This document shows positions 1-8,712 of a stretch of 64,000 nt of DNA, in pieces. The DNA is taken from positions 43,573-107,572 of IMG/VR virus record IMGVR_UViG_643692013_000008; one strand, written 5' to 3'. Source of the stretch: a virus (lineage: Duplodnaviria; Caudoviricetes). Position 1 is the stretch's first letter; each line of letters begins with the position of its first letter. Position numbers and translations under genes: made by a program. The notes under the pieces are model-generated. The model made no database searches. It had not been told where the DNA came from and was given only the letters and a program-made list of their open reading frames with translations.

Positions 1-410
1 GTGATCACTCCGGCGGCCTGATCGGCCCAACGGAATCGGCTGAATTTCAGCTCGAAGGTTCGGTCAGTCCACTTGACGTCGTACTTAGCAAGTTTGGTGA
101 CTGGATTTTTACAGTACACGCTGGCGCCGACTATGCCCTTGTCGCCAAGGCACTGCAGATCGGTCTTGGCGCAGTCCGAAGCGCTTTCCTTCGTGCCTGA
201 CCTCTCCGCCGCTGCCGGCGGTGCTCCGCCCTCCTGCTTCGGCGCGGTCACCGCAAGGTAAGCAGCCACGCCGCACACGACGACAACTCCAGCCGTGATC
301 CAGGCGGCCCGCTTCGAGAGATTTTTCTTGATCGGAGCGCCGCAGCGCACGCACGCGTCCGCCTTGTCGCTTATCTCTGCTCCGCACTCCCCACATTTCA
401 CCAGCGCCAT
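1..410 (-). CDS. Zinc-ribbon membrane protein, 3' end off-window (not in ORF track)
   Basis: Translated by hand from ATG 410: MALVKCGECGAEISDKADACVRCGAP (two CxxC), then TM WITAGVVVVCGVAAYLAV; open to position 1. Confidence 0.75.
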   Translation of the reverse strand, partial: MALVKCGECGAEISDKADACVRCGAPIKKNLSKRAAWITAGVVVVCGVAAYLAVTAPKQEGGAPPAAAERSGTKESASDCAKTDLQCLGDKGIVGASVYCKNPVTKLAKYDVKWTDRTFELKFSRFRWADQAAGVI

Positions 411-517
411 CCGGCCACCCCGTCGAGTTTCGTTGTCCAGGAAGCATACCGAACCGTCTATTTCAGGCCAACGCTGCGCCTTGTGCTGTCGATCGGCTGT
501 TACAAATTTTCCTCGAA

Positions 518-563
518 AATATTAGAAGTTCTCTTGCTTTGAAAAAGAAGAACTTCTAATATT
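518..563 (+). promoter_or_regulatory. sigma70 early (pL-like) promoter inside a 15-bp perfect inverted repeat (operator)
   Basis: TTGCTT 534-539, 17 bp, TAATAT 557-562; AATATTAGAAGTTCT 518-532 / AGAACTTCTAATATT 549-563. Confidence 0.8.
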
Positions 564-606
564 CGGTCCATCGCAGCACACAACACGCTGCACGGCGGAA
601 GCCGGC

Positions 607-619
607 GATCTTTGACAAC
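607..619 (+). promoter_or_regulatory. boxA-like antitermination element
   Basis: CGATCTTTGACAA about 40 nt after the predicted start; resembles boxA GCTCTTTAACA. Confidence 0.5.
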
Positions 620-1136
620 TTGGGGATTCGAGAGAGGGCGTGGCGGTGCTGGCGAGTTGCTGGCTCAGTTCGCCTGCTCTGTTAGGAGGCGCGGCCCGGC
701 GCGAACCGGGCCGCAAATCCTAGGTCACGACGGTCCAGACGATCAGGAACAGGTACCAGAGGCACTTGGCCAGATCGACCTTAACGTCCACCTTCACAGT
801 TACTTTCACCATGTGTTGCGCACCGGAGAAAGCCTGTGGCCACAGGCGTTAAGCCCGTTGAGTACTTGTAGCGCGCCCTAGCTGGCGCGTGCGAGTGGCT
901 GCCTAGGATGACCACCCGCCCGACAAGTTGCTGTCGGTCGGCTCGGCGCGGGTCGGTACACCGGATTTGATACCGGCTCCGACACTGGCGTCACCTTCGG
1001 CGTCTTGCCAGACGCCGTGCTGGCGATGCAATACGCCAGCGCGCCGAGCATAGCAGAACCGTTCGCGCCCTCCCTCAAACCCCAAGTGTCGAGATCGCCT
1101 GTCTTCCGATTCGCTTTAGAAATCGAGGAGTCAGAC

Positions 1137-1451
1137 GTGATCAAGAACAGCAAGCAATCGTGGGAAGCAGGCTCGACCGTGAAGGTCGGTTTCCTGTCGC
1201 TGACCGTGAAGGCGGTCGTGCCGACGCCCGGCGACCACGCGCCGGACGCCTACATCCTCGTCAACGCTGCGGGCACGCAGCTCTACAAGTTCGTTCCCCA
1301 CAACGGCGTCGAGAAGGTCACGCCGCTCGAAGCGCGCGAGCTGCTCGACGCAGCGCACGTTGCTGCGGAGCGCGAAGCGGCGCGCGCGATCGCGCGCTCG
1401 AAGCAGACGGTGGCCGACATGGCCGCGATCAACAAGCTGGTTTTCGCCTGA
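1137..1451 (+). CDS. Phage hypothetical protein
   Basis: GAGGAG RBS then GTG 1137. Confidence 0.8.
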   Translation: MIKNSKQSWEAGSTVKVGFLSLTVKAVVPTPGDHAPDAYILVNAAGTQLYKFVPHNGVEKVTPLEARELLDAAHVAAEREAARAIARSKQTVADMAAINKLVFA

Positions 1452-1458
1452 GCCCGTG

Positions 1459-1578
1459 ATGACCTCGGACTGGTTCATTGCCGGCTTGGTCATCGTCGGG
1501 ACGATCGTCGGCTTCGTTGTACTCGGCCTGATTGGTGGCATCAAGGGCAAGCAGGACGACAACAAAGACCACAACTGA
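1459..1578 (+). CDS. Small single-TM protein
   Basis: MTSDWFIAGLVIVGTIVGFVVLGLIGG hydrophobic helix. Confidence 0.55.
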   Translation: MTSDWFIAGLVIVGTIVGFVVLGLIGGIKGKQDDNKDHN

Positions 1579-1602
1579 TTCGCGTGCCGCTCGGCACGAA
1601 GG

Positions 1603-1683
1603 CTCTCAGCTCCAGGCACGGCCCTCGGAAATGGCCTGGAGTTTTTCGGCGAGGCGGCCGGTAAGGCGCCTCCCACTTTTCGG
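1603..1683 (+). ncRNA. Conserved two-hairpin cis RNA element, copy 1
   Basis: Stem 1608-1617/1634-1643, loop with GGCCCTCGGA; bulged-G stem 1651-1672; U tract; homologous to 28235-28310 and 11135-11204. Confidence 0.65.
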
Positions 1684-1697
1684 ATCTGGGGATAGCG

Positions 1698-1961
1698 ATG
1701 CACACGGACCTCATGTCGGACCTGAAGCAAGAGTACGCCGTCGCCCGCGAGCACGGCGAGCGCAAGGCGATGGATCAACTGGCGCGCGGCATCAGCTACG
1801 CGGCGGCCGGCGAGCTCACCCTGGCGCGCGAGATCGCGCTCTACCACCGGGGCTGGCACGACGAGATGTTCGACCGGCCCGCGCCGTACGCCGAGCCGGA
1901 GCTGCATTACCTCGCGGGGCGCCTCGACGCACGCCGTCAGCGCGCCGCCGCCACGCATTAA
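1698..1961 (+). CDS. Phage hypothetical protein
   Basis: ORF with GGGG RBS, in operon. Confidence 0.75.
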   Translation: MHTDLMSDLKQEYAVAREHGERKAMDQLARGISYAAAGELTLAREIALYHRGWHDEMFDRPAPYAEPELHYLAGRLDARRQRAAATH

Positions 1962-2045
1962 CCGCTGGGCGTCGCGGCGAATGCGCCGCGGGTCGAACTC
2001 CGGGCCTTCAGCAAGCCCGCTTCGAAATCACCACGAGAGGTAGAC

Positions 2046-2348
2046 ATGCAAGCCACGGCAACCGCAGCAGTGTCCACGGCCCCCATCGCCGTGAAGGAAG
2101 TCGAATCGTCGCAGATCTTCGCGATCGGCCATGACGCCGCAACGAACACGCTGGCGATCCGCTTCCGCAGCTACAAAACGAACGGCCCGACGTCGCTCTA
2201 CCACTACGCGAACGTGCCGGCCGCCTTGTTCGCCGAGTTCGCGTCGGCCGAGTCGATCGGCACGTACTTCAGCCAGAACATCAAGCCGTACGACAAGAAG
2301 TACCCGTACGTGCAGATCGAGAAGATGCCGGCGACCGCGCCGGCGTAA
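2046..2348 (+). CDS. KTSC domain protein
   Basis: VESSQIFAIGHD...LAIRF...YHYANVP...SIGTYF KTSC signature. Confidence 0.9.
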   Translation: MQATATAAVSTAPIAVKEVESSQIFAIGHDAATNTLAIRFRSYKTNGPTSLYHYANVPAALFAEFASAESIGTYFSQNIKPYDKKYPYVQIEKMPATAPA

Positions 2349-2725
2349 CGCAACCCCCGGAGGGCCGCACGCCGCAGAAGTTTGCGGCGGCCGCATCAAG
2401 CGCGAGAGCTGCGCGACATGCGGTTAGGCCCATAGCGCTGCAGGTCGGCTGAGCCTCCAGTCGGTTGGAAACACCCTGCTTCACCCCGCGGCGAGCGCGG
2501 GGCACCTGACTAGCAGTGGCGCGTCATGTGGCGCGTGGCTGGCGAGTCGCCGGACGCGAGTACCCGGCACCTTGATGGGAGCCCACTGCCGCAACAGACG
2601 ACACGAGGTCTAGCTCGTGAGCGCGGTGAGCGGGCTAGACAGCGGGCTCCCATCAGGAGTCAGAACACGACGCCGGCCAGGTCATCGCAGTCGGCGCCCA
2701 CACAGGCGATTCACCGAGGTGCGAC

Positions 2726-3025
2726 ATGAAAGTAACCATCAATGGCTTCATCTTCGCGCGGCCGGCGCGTGACGGTTCGTTGAATTTCGAGTTCTCGGAA
2801 TACGACGTGACGAAGTACGACAACCACGCCGCCAAAGTCCGGGAGCACTCGATCGAGGTCGACGTGCCCGACGACTTCGACCCGCGCCCGGGCATCGTCG
2901 AGAACCTCGAGCGCGAGAAGACCCAGATCCTCGCCGAGGCCAATCTCAAGGTCACCGACATCAATCGGCTGATCCAGACGCTGCTCGCGATCGACAACGC
3001 CCCGACGGACAGGACGCCGGCATGA
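2726..3025 (+). CDS. Phage hypothetical protein
   Basis: GAGG RBS; C-terminal coiled coil. Confidence 0.8.
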   Translation: MKVTINGFIFARPARDGSLNFEFSEYDVTKYDNHAAKVREHSIEVDVPDDFDPRPGIVENLEREKTQILAEANLKVTDINRLIQTLLAIDNAPTDRTPA

Positions 3026-3195
3026 GCCCGATGTCCCTTCGCCCCTCCCTGCGCCGCTACGGCGCGCACCTCAACCGCGAGCAGCGGCGCGCCTGGATGG
3101 TTCAGCGCCTCACGCGCTCGCCGCGCGTGCCCATCAGCTCCGGCTTTGTGCCGCGCGGGATCGCGCGCGTCTACACCTACTGCAAGGTCGCCTGA
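3022..3195 (+). CDS. Small basic hypothetical protein (57 aa, below ORF-track cut-off)
   Basis: ATGA overlap with the upstream stop; fills the gap to the next gene. Confidence 0.55.
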   Translation: MSPMSLRPSLRRYGAHLNREQRRAWMVQRLTRSPRVPISSGFVPRGIARVYTYCKVA

Positions 3196-3196
3196 C

Positions 3197-3481
3197 ATGA
3201 CCACCGACAAACGGAAAAAACGCGTCCCGATGCCGAAGATGGTCGATCGCAAATGCAACCGGTGCGGCAGGTCGTTTCAAGCGCGCGCTGCTGACGTAAA
3301 GCGCGGCTGGGGCCGCTTTTGCTCGAAGTCGTGCAAAGCGATCAAGCAAGAGCAGCGCACCGGGCAGCACCGGGCGTTCGTGGATCGCCGCGACGCCTAC
3401 GAAGACGGCGAAGGCCCTACCGAGTTTTCCGACGCGCACTTGTTCAGCAACGAAGAACACGACTGCAACAAGGACCTGTGA
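3197..3481 (+). CDS. Zinc-finger protein
   Basis: CNRCG...RFCSKSC motif. Confidence 0.75.
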   Translation: MTTDKRKKRVPMPKMVDRKCNRCGRSFQARAADVKRGWGRFCSKSCKAIKQEQRTGQHRAFVDRRDAYEDGEGPTEFSDAHLFSNEEHDCNKDL

Positions 3482-3636
3482 TGCGCTGGCTCGACCGACT
3501 CCACTCCAAGCACCCTCGCCTGACGATGGCAGCGGCGATCCTGATCGCCTTCGCCGTCCTCTACGTCGCACGCGAGATCGACCACACCAACTCCGACCTG
3601 CTGCGCTGGCAACTGGCCAGCGTGCGCCAGGTGTAA
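3481..3636 (+). CDS. Small membrane protein
   Basis: Coupled start; TM MAAAILIAFAVLYVA. Confidence 0.6.
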   Translation: MRWLDRLHSKHPRLTMAAAILIAFAVLYVAREIDHTNSDLLRWQLASVRQV

Positions 3637-3653
3637 CCGCCCCGGAGCATTTC

Positions 3654-4556
3654 ATGCAGACCGCCACCATGGCCGACGTCATCGACGCCGACATCACCGC
3701 CCCACGCCCCGAGCAGCCCCTGGCCAACGTCCAGTCGTCGCCGCCCGCGCCAGTTCGCGCCGCTTCGACCATCACGGCGCGGGATCTCCTCCGCCTGTCG
3801 GTCGAACGCGGGGCGAGCCTCGAGCAGATCGAGAAGCTGATGGATCTGCTGGATCGAAACGAAGCGCGCGACGCACGGCTCGCGTTCGTTGAGGCGATGG
3901 CCGCCTTCAAGAAGGAACCGCTCGATATCTTCAAGCGCAAGCAGGTCGAGTTCCAGACTCGGGACGGCGAATGGACGCGCTACAAGCACGCCGAGCTGTC
4001 GGACATCACCGACGTCGTCGGGCCGGCCATGGCGAAGTATGGCCTGTCGTTCGACTGGGACATCCACCAGAGTAACGGCCTCATTACCGTCGACTGCGTC
4101 GTGACGCACGTTCAGGGACATTTCAAGAAGGTCACGATGTCCGGCGCACCAGACGCGAGCGGCAAGAAGAACGCCATCCAGCAGGCGGCCAGCACGATCA
4201 CTTATCTGCAGCGCTACACGCTGCTCGCCGCGACTGGCATGTCCACGAAGGGCGAGGACGACGACGGCGCAGGCGGCGCAGATCCCGACGGCGATCCTGG
4301 CGCCGGCCAGCAGCCGGCCGGCGAGGCCCAGCAAAACGGCGCCCGGAGCGCGCGCGCCGCAGGCCAGAACCAGCCCGCTCGCCCTGCCTTCTACGACCAG
4401 GCGAAGTTCGACGCCAACAAAGCCGAATGGAGAAAGGTCGTCACGTCGAAGCGTAAGACCCCGGCCAAGATGATCGCCTTCATCGAATCCCGTGGCGCCC
4501 CGCTCACTGAAGCCCAGAAGAACACCATCGACTCTTGGAGCCATGAAAATGACTGA
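3654..4556 (+). CDS. ERF-family single-strand annealing protein
   Basis: YKHAELSDI...ASTITYLQRYTLLAATG..EDDDG ERF motifs; next to exonuclease. Confidence 0.85.
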   Translation: MQTATMADVIDADITAPRPEQPLANVQSSPPAPVRAASTITARDLLRLSVERGASLEQIEKLMDLLDRNEARDARLAFVEAMAAFKKEPLDIFKRKQVEFQTRDGEWTRYKHAELSDITDVVGPAMAKYGLSFDWDIHQSNGLITVDCVVTHVQGHFKKVTMSGAPDASGKKNAIQQAASTITYLQRYTLLAATGMSTKGEDDDGAGGADPDGDPGAGQQPAGEAQQNGARSARAAGQNQPARPAFYDQAKFDANKAEWRKVVTSKRKTPAKMIAFIESRGAPLTEAQKNTIDSWSHEND

Positions 4557-6183
4557 ACGCATCATCCACGACCTCATCCAAGGTACTCCCGAATGGGAGG
4601 CTTTCCGCCTCGAACACTTCGGCGCCAGCGAGGCGGCCGCCATGCTCGGCATCTCGCCGAAGGTCAAGCGCAACGAGCTGCTGCACATGAAGCACACAGG
4701 CACGCCGAAGGAATTCAGCGACTGGGTGCAGGAGCACATCCTCGATCGCGGCCACGAAGTCGAAGCGCTCGCGCGCCCATTCGCCGAGGAAGTAATCGGC
4801 GAAGACCTGTATCCCGTGACCTGCTCGTTCGGCGTGCCGTCGGCATCCTGCGACGGCCTGACGATGGACCACAGCACCGCGTGGGAACACAAGCAATGGA
4901 ATGAGGATCTGGCGAAATCGCTGCGCGCCGGCGTGCTTCCCGACGAGCACCAGCCGCAGGTGCAGCAGAACATGCACGTCACCGGTGCGTCCCGCCTGCT
5001 GTTCACCTGCTCCAATGGCACCGAAGAGAAGATGGTCCACCTGTGGGTGGCACCCGATCCGGAATGGGTCGCGCGCATCAACGCCGGCTGGGAACAGTTC
5101 GCGAAGGATCTCGCCACGTACCAACCGCGCGATATCCGCGAAGCCCCGAAGGGCGAAGCGATTCTCAGCCTGCCGACGCTGGCCGTGCAGATTCGCGGCG
5201 AAGTGGTGTCGAGCAACCTGCCCCGCTTCAAGGCGGCGGCCGAATCGTTCATCGCCAACATCAAGACCGACCTCAAGACCGACGAGGACTTTGCCAACGC
5301 CGCGTCGACGGTTTCGTTCTGCGAGAAAGCCGAGAAGGAACTGGAGATGGCGAAGAACGCGGCCATCGGCCAGACGGCGAGTATCGACGAGCTGATGCGC
5401 ACGCTCGACCACATCAGCGCGCAGCTGCGCGAAAAGCGCTTGGCGCTCGACAAGCTCGTGACGAAGCGCAAGGGCGAGATCAAGGACGAGATCATCCTCG
5501 GTGGCAAAAGCGCCTACGCCGCCCACATCAAGTCGCTGAACGACGAGCTGGCCGACGTGACGCTCGTCGTCGCCGTACCGGATTTCGTCACCGCCGCGAA
5601 GAACAAGCGCACGCTGGCCAGCCTGCACGAAGCGATCGACACCGCCGTGGCCAACGGCAAGATCGCCGCCGACGCGGCCGCGCGCGACATGCGCGCCAAG
5701 CTCGACTGGTACCGCAAGCAGGCCGCCGAGCACACCTTCCTGTTCCGCGACCTGCAGCAGCTCATCCAGAAGCCGGCTGAGGACTTCCACCTCGCCGTCG
5801 ACGCCCGCATCGAGCAGCACAAGAAGCAGCAGGCCGAGGAAGCCGAACGCAAGCGCGCCGCTGAGCGGGCAGCAGCCGATGAGGCAGCGGCGGCCGCAGC
5901 AGCGAAGGCGAACGCCGCCCCCGCGGTTGACGAGCCGGCTCCCGCAGCCGCCCAGGCGACCCGGCAACCGGCACCGCAGACCACGTCGGTTCCTGCAGCA
6001 GCGTCTGCCGGCCCTCGGCGCGGCACCGGCGGCTCCATGCGTACCCAGCCGTCGCGCCCGAGCGACGACGAGATTGTCGGCGTGCTCGCCCTGCACTACC
6101 GCCAGCACGAATCGAAGATCGTCGAATGGCTCCTCGCCATGGACCTGAAAGCGGCGAGCGAGCGGCTTGCCGCTGCGTTCTAA
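4543..6183 (+). CDS. YqaJ/lambda-exonuclease family protein with long C-terminal extension
   Basis: QGTPEWEAFR..GASEAAAM...SCDG..EHK..QVQQ. Confidence 0.85.
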   Translation: MKMTERIIHDLIQGTPEWEAFRLEHFGASEAAAMLGISPKVKRNELLHMKHTGTPKEFSDWVQEHILDRGHEVEALARPFAEEVIGEDLYPVTCSFGVPSASCDGLTMDHSTAWEHKQWNEDLAKSLRAGVLPDEHQPQVQQNMHVTGASRLLFTCSNGTEEKMVHLWVAPDPEWVARINAGWEQFAKDLATYQPRDIREAPKGEAILSLPTLAVQIRGEVVSSNLPRFKAAAESFIANIKTDLKTDEDFANAASTVSFCEKAEKELEMAKNAAIGQTASIDELMRTLDHISAQLREKRLALDKLVTKRKGEIKDEIILGGKSAYAAHIKSLNDELADVTLVVAVPDFVTAAKNKRTLASLHEAIDTAVANGKIAADAAARDMRAKLDWYRKQAAEHTFLFRDLQQLIQKPAEDFHLAVDARIEQHKKQQAEEAERKRAAERAAADEAAAAAAAKANAAPAVDEPAPAAAQATRQPAPQTTSVPAAASAGPRRGTGGSMRTQPSRPSDDEIVGVLALHYRQHESKIVEWLLAMDLKAASERLAAAF

Positions 6184-6219
6184 CCCCCGCTCGCCGCCAT
6201 CACCGAAGGAGTCATCGAC

Positions 6220-6864
6220 ATGCCGGAATTCCGTTTCACCAAGATCAAGATGAAGGTCACCAGCATCAACGTGCGCCAGGAGCTGCACGGCGAGGAGCAC
6301 TGCCTCGCGATGGACATTCATCTGGAATTCAACCAGTCGAACCGCGCGCTGGACAAGCTCGACGGGCGGCTGGTCGAGGCCTTCTACTGGAAGAGTCCGA
6401 CGGGCAACACCGAGGCGCTCGAAGGCGTCGAGCGCGTCACCGATTTGCCGAACCTGCGCTTCGAGCACCTGGTCACGCCGCTTAAGTGGGCCGAGAAGTA
6501 CGAGGAGGGTCTGTTCCGCGTCCACCACGGAAACAAACCGTCCGACGACATCGTCATGCTGGAAGCGAAGATCAACGAGATCAAGTTCCACCCGAAGGAA
6601 GGCGGCACGACGCTCTTCAATGTGCGCGTCCAGTGCAACCCCGACGAGGCGCAAGTCGCGCGGATGTGCGCTCTCCTGCAGAGCGAGATCACCGGAACGA
6701 TCGACAGCGACCCGGATGAGGACGACACCGCGCCGCCGACCGACGCTGAGAAGCTTGAAAAGCCGGCCGCCGCGAAGACCGGTCGCAAGCCGCGCCGAGG
6801 CAAGCAGACGGACGCCTTTGCCGACGCCGCACAGCAGATCGCCGACGGCGCCAGCGCCGAGTAA
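6220..6864 (+). CDS. Conserved phage protein (homolog of 24909-25478)
   Basis: Shared E.HG.E, L..LRF..L.W..KYE, I.F.P.EGG motifs. Confidence 0.8.
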   Translation: MPEFRFTKIKMKVTSINVRQELHGEEHCLAMDIHLEFNQSNRALDKLDGRLVEAFYWKSPTGNTEALEGVERVTDLPNLRFEHLVTPLKWAEKYEEGLFRVHHGNKPSDDIVMLEAKINEIKFHPKEGGTTLFNVRVQCNPDEAQVARMCALLQSEITGTIDSDPDEDDTAPPTDAEKLEKPAAAKTGRKPRRGKQTDAFADAAQQIADGASAE

Positions 6865-6957
6865 CCGAACGGGCGAAGCCGCCGGCCGACCGGAATTGGC
6901 GCCAGGCGCGGTTCTCCGACAGAGCCGGCGGCAGAGCCCCCTATCCCCTTCAGGAGC

Positions 6958-7629
6958 ATGACCATGAGGGACGAAATCGTGAAGTACTTGGGCACGGTGA
7001 TGGACTCCACGGCCAAGACGATCGCCGCGCGGATCGCGCAACCCCACTTCGACGTCGCGAAGGAACTGAACAAGATGCACGCCGACGGCGTCGTCGAGCG
7101 GCAGAAGCGAACCGGCGGCGGCAACGAATACCTGTATTGGCTCGCCGGCACCCCGCGCGCTACCGGCCCGTCGCCGGCCGAACTCGCCGCGAAGAACTCT
7201 GTCCCGTTCCCGCCTGCCGCGCCTGCCGCCGCAATTCCGATCGCCGGCGAGCAACCGCCGGCCGATCCCGTCGTCGTTCAGGAGCTGCTCGCCGAGCTCG
7301 AGGCGGAGCGCAGCACCAGCGCGCGGCTGCGGCAAGAAGCCGAGACCGCCCTCACCAGCCTCCAAGCCGCGATCGCGACCGTCGAGCGCCTCAAGCAGAA
7401 CAACGCCCAGCTCGAGCGAAAGATCGACGATCTGACGCTCGGGCCTCCCGGTTCTAAGGGCCCGGTGTTCTTTACCGTCGGCCGCAACTGCGACAGCAAG
7501 CGCCACACCTCGATCGAGAAGGCCCGCAAGCGCGCGAACGCCCTGGTGCGAAGCGAGCGCGAGACCGAGGTCCACGTCTGCGCTCCGGTGGGCCGCGTCG
7601 TCCGTGGCGTCGAATGGGTGGGCAAATGA
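6958..7629 (+). CDS. Winged-HTH plus coiled-coil protein
   Basis: N-terminal wHTH-like TAKTIA..VAKELNKMHADGVVER. Confidence 0.65.
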   Translation: MTMRDEIVKYLGTVMDSTAKTIAARIAQPHFDVAKELNKMHADGVVERQKRTGGGNEYLYWLAGTPRATGPSPAELAAKNSVPFPPAAPAAAIPIAGEQPPADPVVVQELLAELEAERSTSARLRQEAETALTSLQAAIATVERLKQNNAQLERKIDDLTLGPPGSKGPVFFTVGRNCDSKRHTSIEKARKRANALVRSERETEVHVCAPVGRVVRGVEWVGK

Positions 7630-8093
7630 CCCAGCTCGCCGAAGCCTTCGACCGGGCCACGGGCGACAAGACCCCGTGGAACCCCTCGCGGCGCGCCGTC
7701 CGCCGCGTTCTCAACCCGCTGCCGGCGCCCACCGTCTGCCGCTTCTGCGGCGGCTCCGTGCACATCGTCCGGAACAGCGAAATCTATGGCCGCGAATACG
7801 GGGAATGGCCGTGGGCCTTCCTGTGCCGTAAATGCGGGGCCTATGTCGGCATGCATCCGCAAACCGGCATCCCGCTCGGCACGCTCGCCGACGGTCCGAC
7901 GCGTGCGGCGCGCAAGCGCGCGAAGGCAGCGTTTCAGCCCCTCTGGCAAACGCGCGTCATGACCAGATCCGCTGCGTACTCGTGGCTCGCAGGGCGTCTC
8001 GGGATAGCCGTCGGCGAGTGCCACGTCGGCTGGTTCGATGTCGCCATGTGCGACCGCGTCGTCGAGATCATCAACGAGGGACGCCCGCAATGA
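7626..8093 (+). CDS. DUF3268-type zinc-finger protein
   Basis: CRFCGG...CRKCGAYVGMH...PLGTLAD...AYSWLA..LGI..CHVGWF. Confidence 0.8.
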   Translation: MTQLAEAFDRATGDKTPWNPSRRAVRRVLNPLPAPTVCRFCGGSVHIVRNSEIYGREYGEWPWAFLCRKCGAYVGMHPQTGIPLGTLADGPTRAARKRAKAAFQPLWQTRVMTRSAAYSWLAGRLGIAVGECHVGWFDVAMCDRVVEIINEGRPQ

Positions 8094-8284
8094 CCGCGAC
8101 CCAAGAACCCGTGTGGCGCGCCCTGCTGCGCCTTGAGCACGCCGACCTGGCCGACGCCGATCGCAACCTGCTCCGTCCCGCGTTCGCGGTGATGCACGTC
8201 AGCCACGCGATGCAACTCCCCGAGCGCGTGGTGGCCCGCATCCGGCACCTCGACGCCACGTTACCGAAGTCCAAGGAGGCTTGA
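8090..8284 (+). CDS. Hypothetical protein
   Basis: Coupled to both neighbours. Confidence 0.6.
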   Translation: MTATQEPVWRALLRLEHADLADADRNLLRPAFAVMHVSHAMQLPERVVARIRHLDATLPKSKEA

Positions 8285-8697
8285 CCATGCTGCTCAACAA
8301 GATCGAAGGCGCGGACGCTGCCTATCGCGGCCACATCGAGAAAACGTACTGGGGTGGTCCTGTCGGAACCGAGCCGGACCCGACTCGGCATTACGGCTGC
8401 GACATGCTCCCGAGCGGTTGGGTCGAGATCACCTGGGAGGAATTCGCGAAGTCGAAGTTCTTCATGTACACGCCGAAGGCCGTGGGCTGGATCCGCACGA
8501 CGATCGGTGACGCCAAGCTGTTCTTCATGCACGACCAGAACGGCTACGCCCTGATCAACGACTACTGGGCCGGCACGGTGAAGGTGTTCCGGTTCGGTTG
8601 CGAGCACCAGATGAAGTCCGAGACCGTCGGCAACTGCCTGCACCGTTACACGTGCCAGGCCTGCGGCTTCTCCGAAGTCGTGGATTCGTCCGACTGA
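8281..8697 (+). CDS. Hypothetical protein with C-terminal Zn ribbon
   Basis: GGAGG RBS; CEH...CQACG. Confidence 0.75.
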   Translation: MTMLLNKIEGADAAYRGHIEKTYWGGPVGTEPDPTRHYGCDMLPSGWVEITWEEFAKSKFFMYTPKAVGWIRTTIGDAKLFFMHDQNGYALINDYWAGTVKVFRFGCEHQMKSETVGNCLHRYTCQACGFSEVVDSSD

Positions 8698-8712
8698 CCG
8701 CCGAGGGCCGAC

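Noticed and set aside
109-447. ORF-track 112-aa minus ORF
   Set aside because: Wrong frame; the zinc-ribbon gene starting at 410 explains the region
3561-7575. Very long minus-strand ORFs (648 aa and 1023 aa)
   Set aside because: Antisense shadows of ERF/YqaJ and downstream genes in GC-rich DNA; no motifs or RBS
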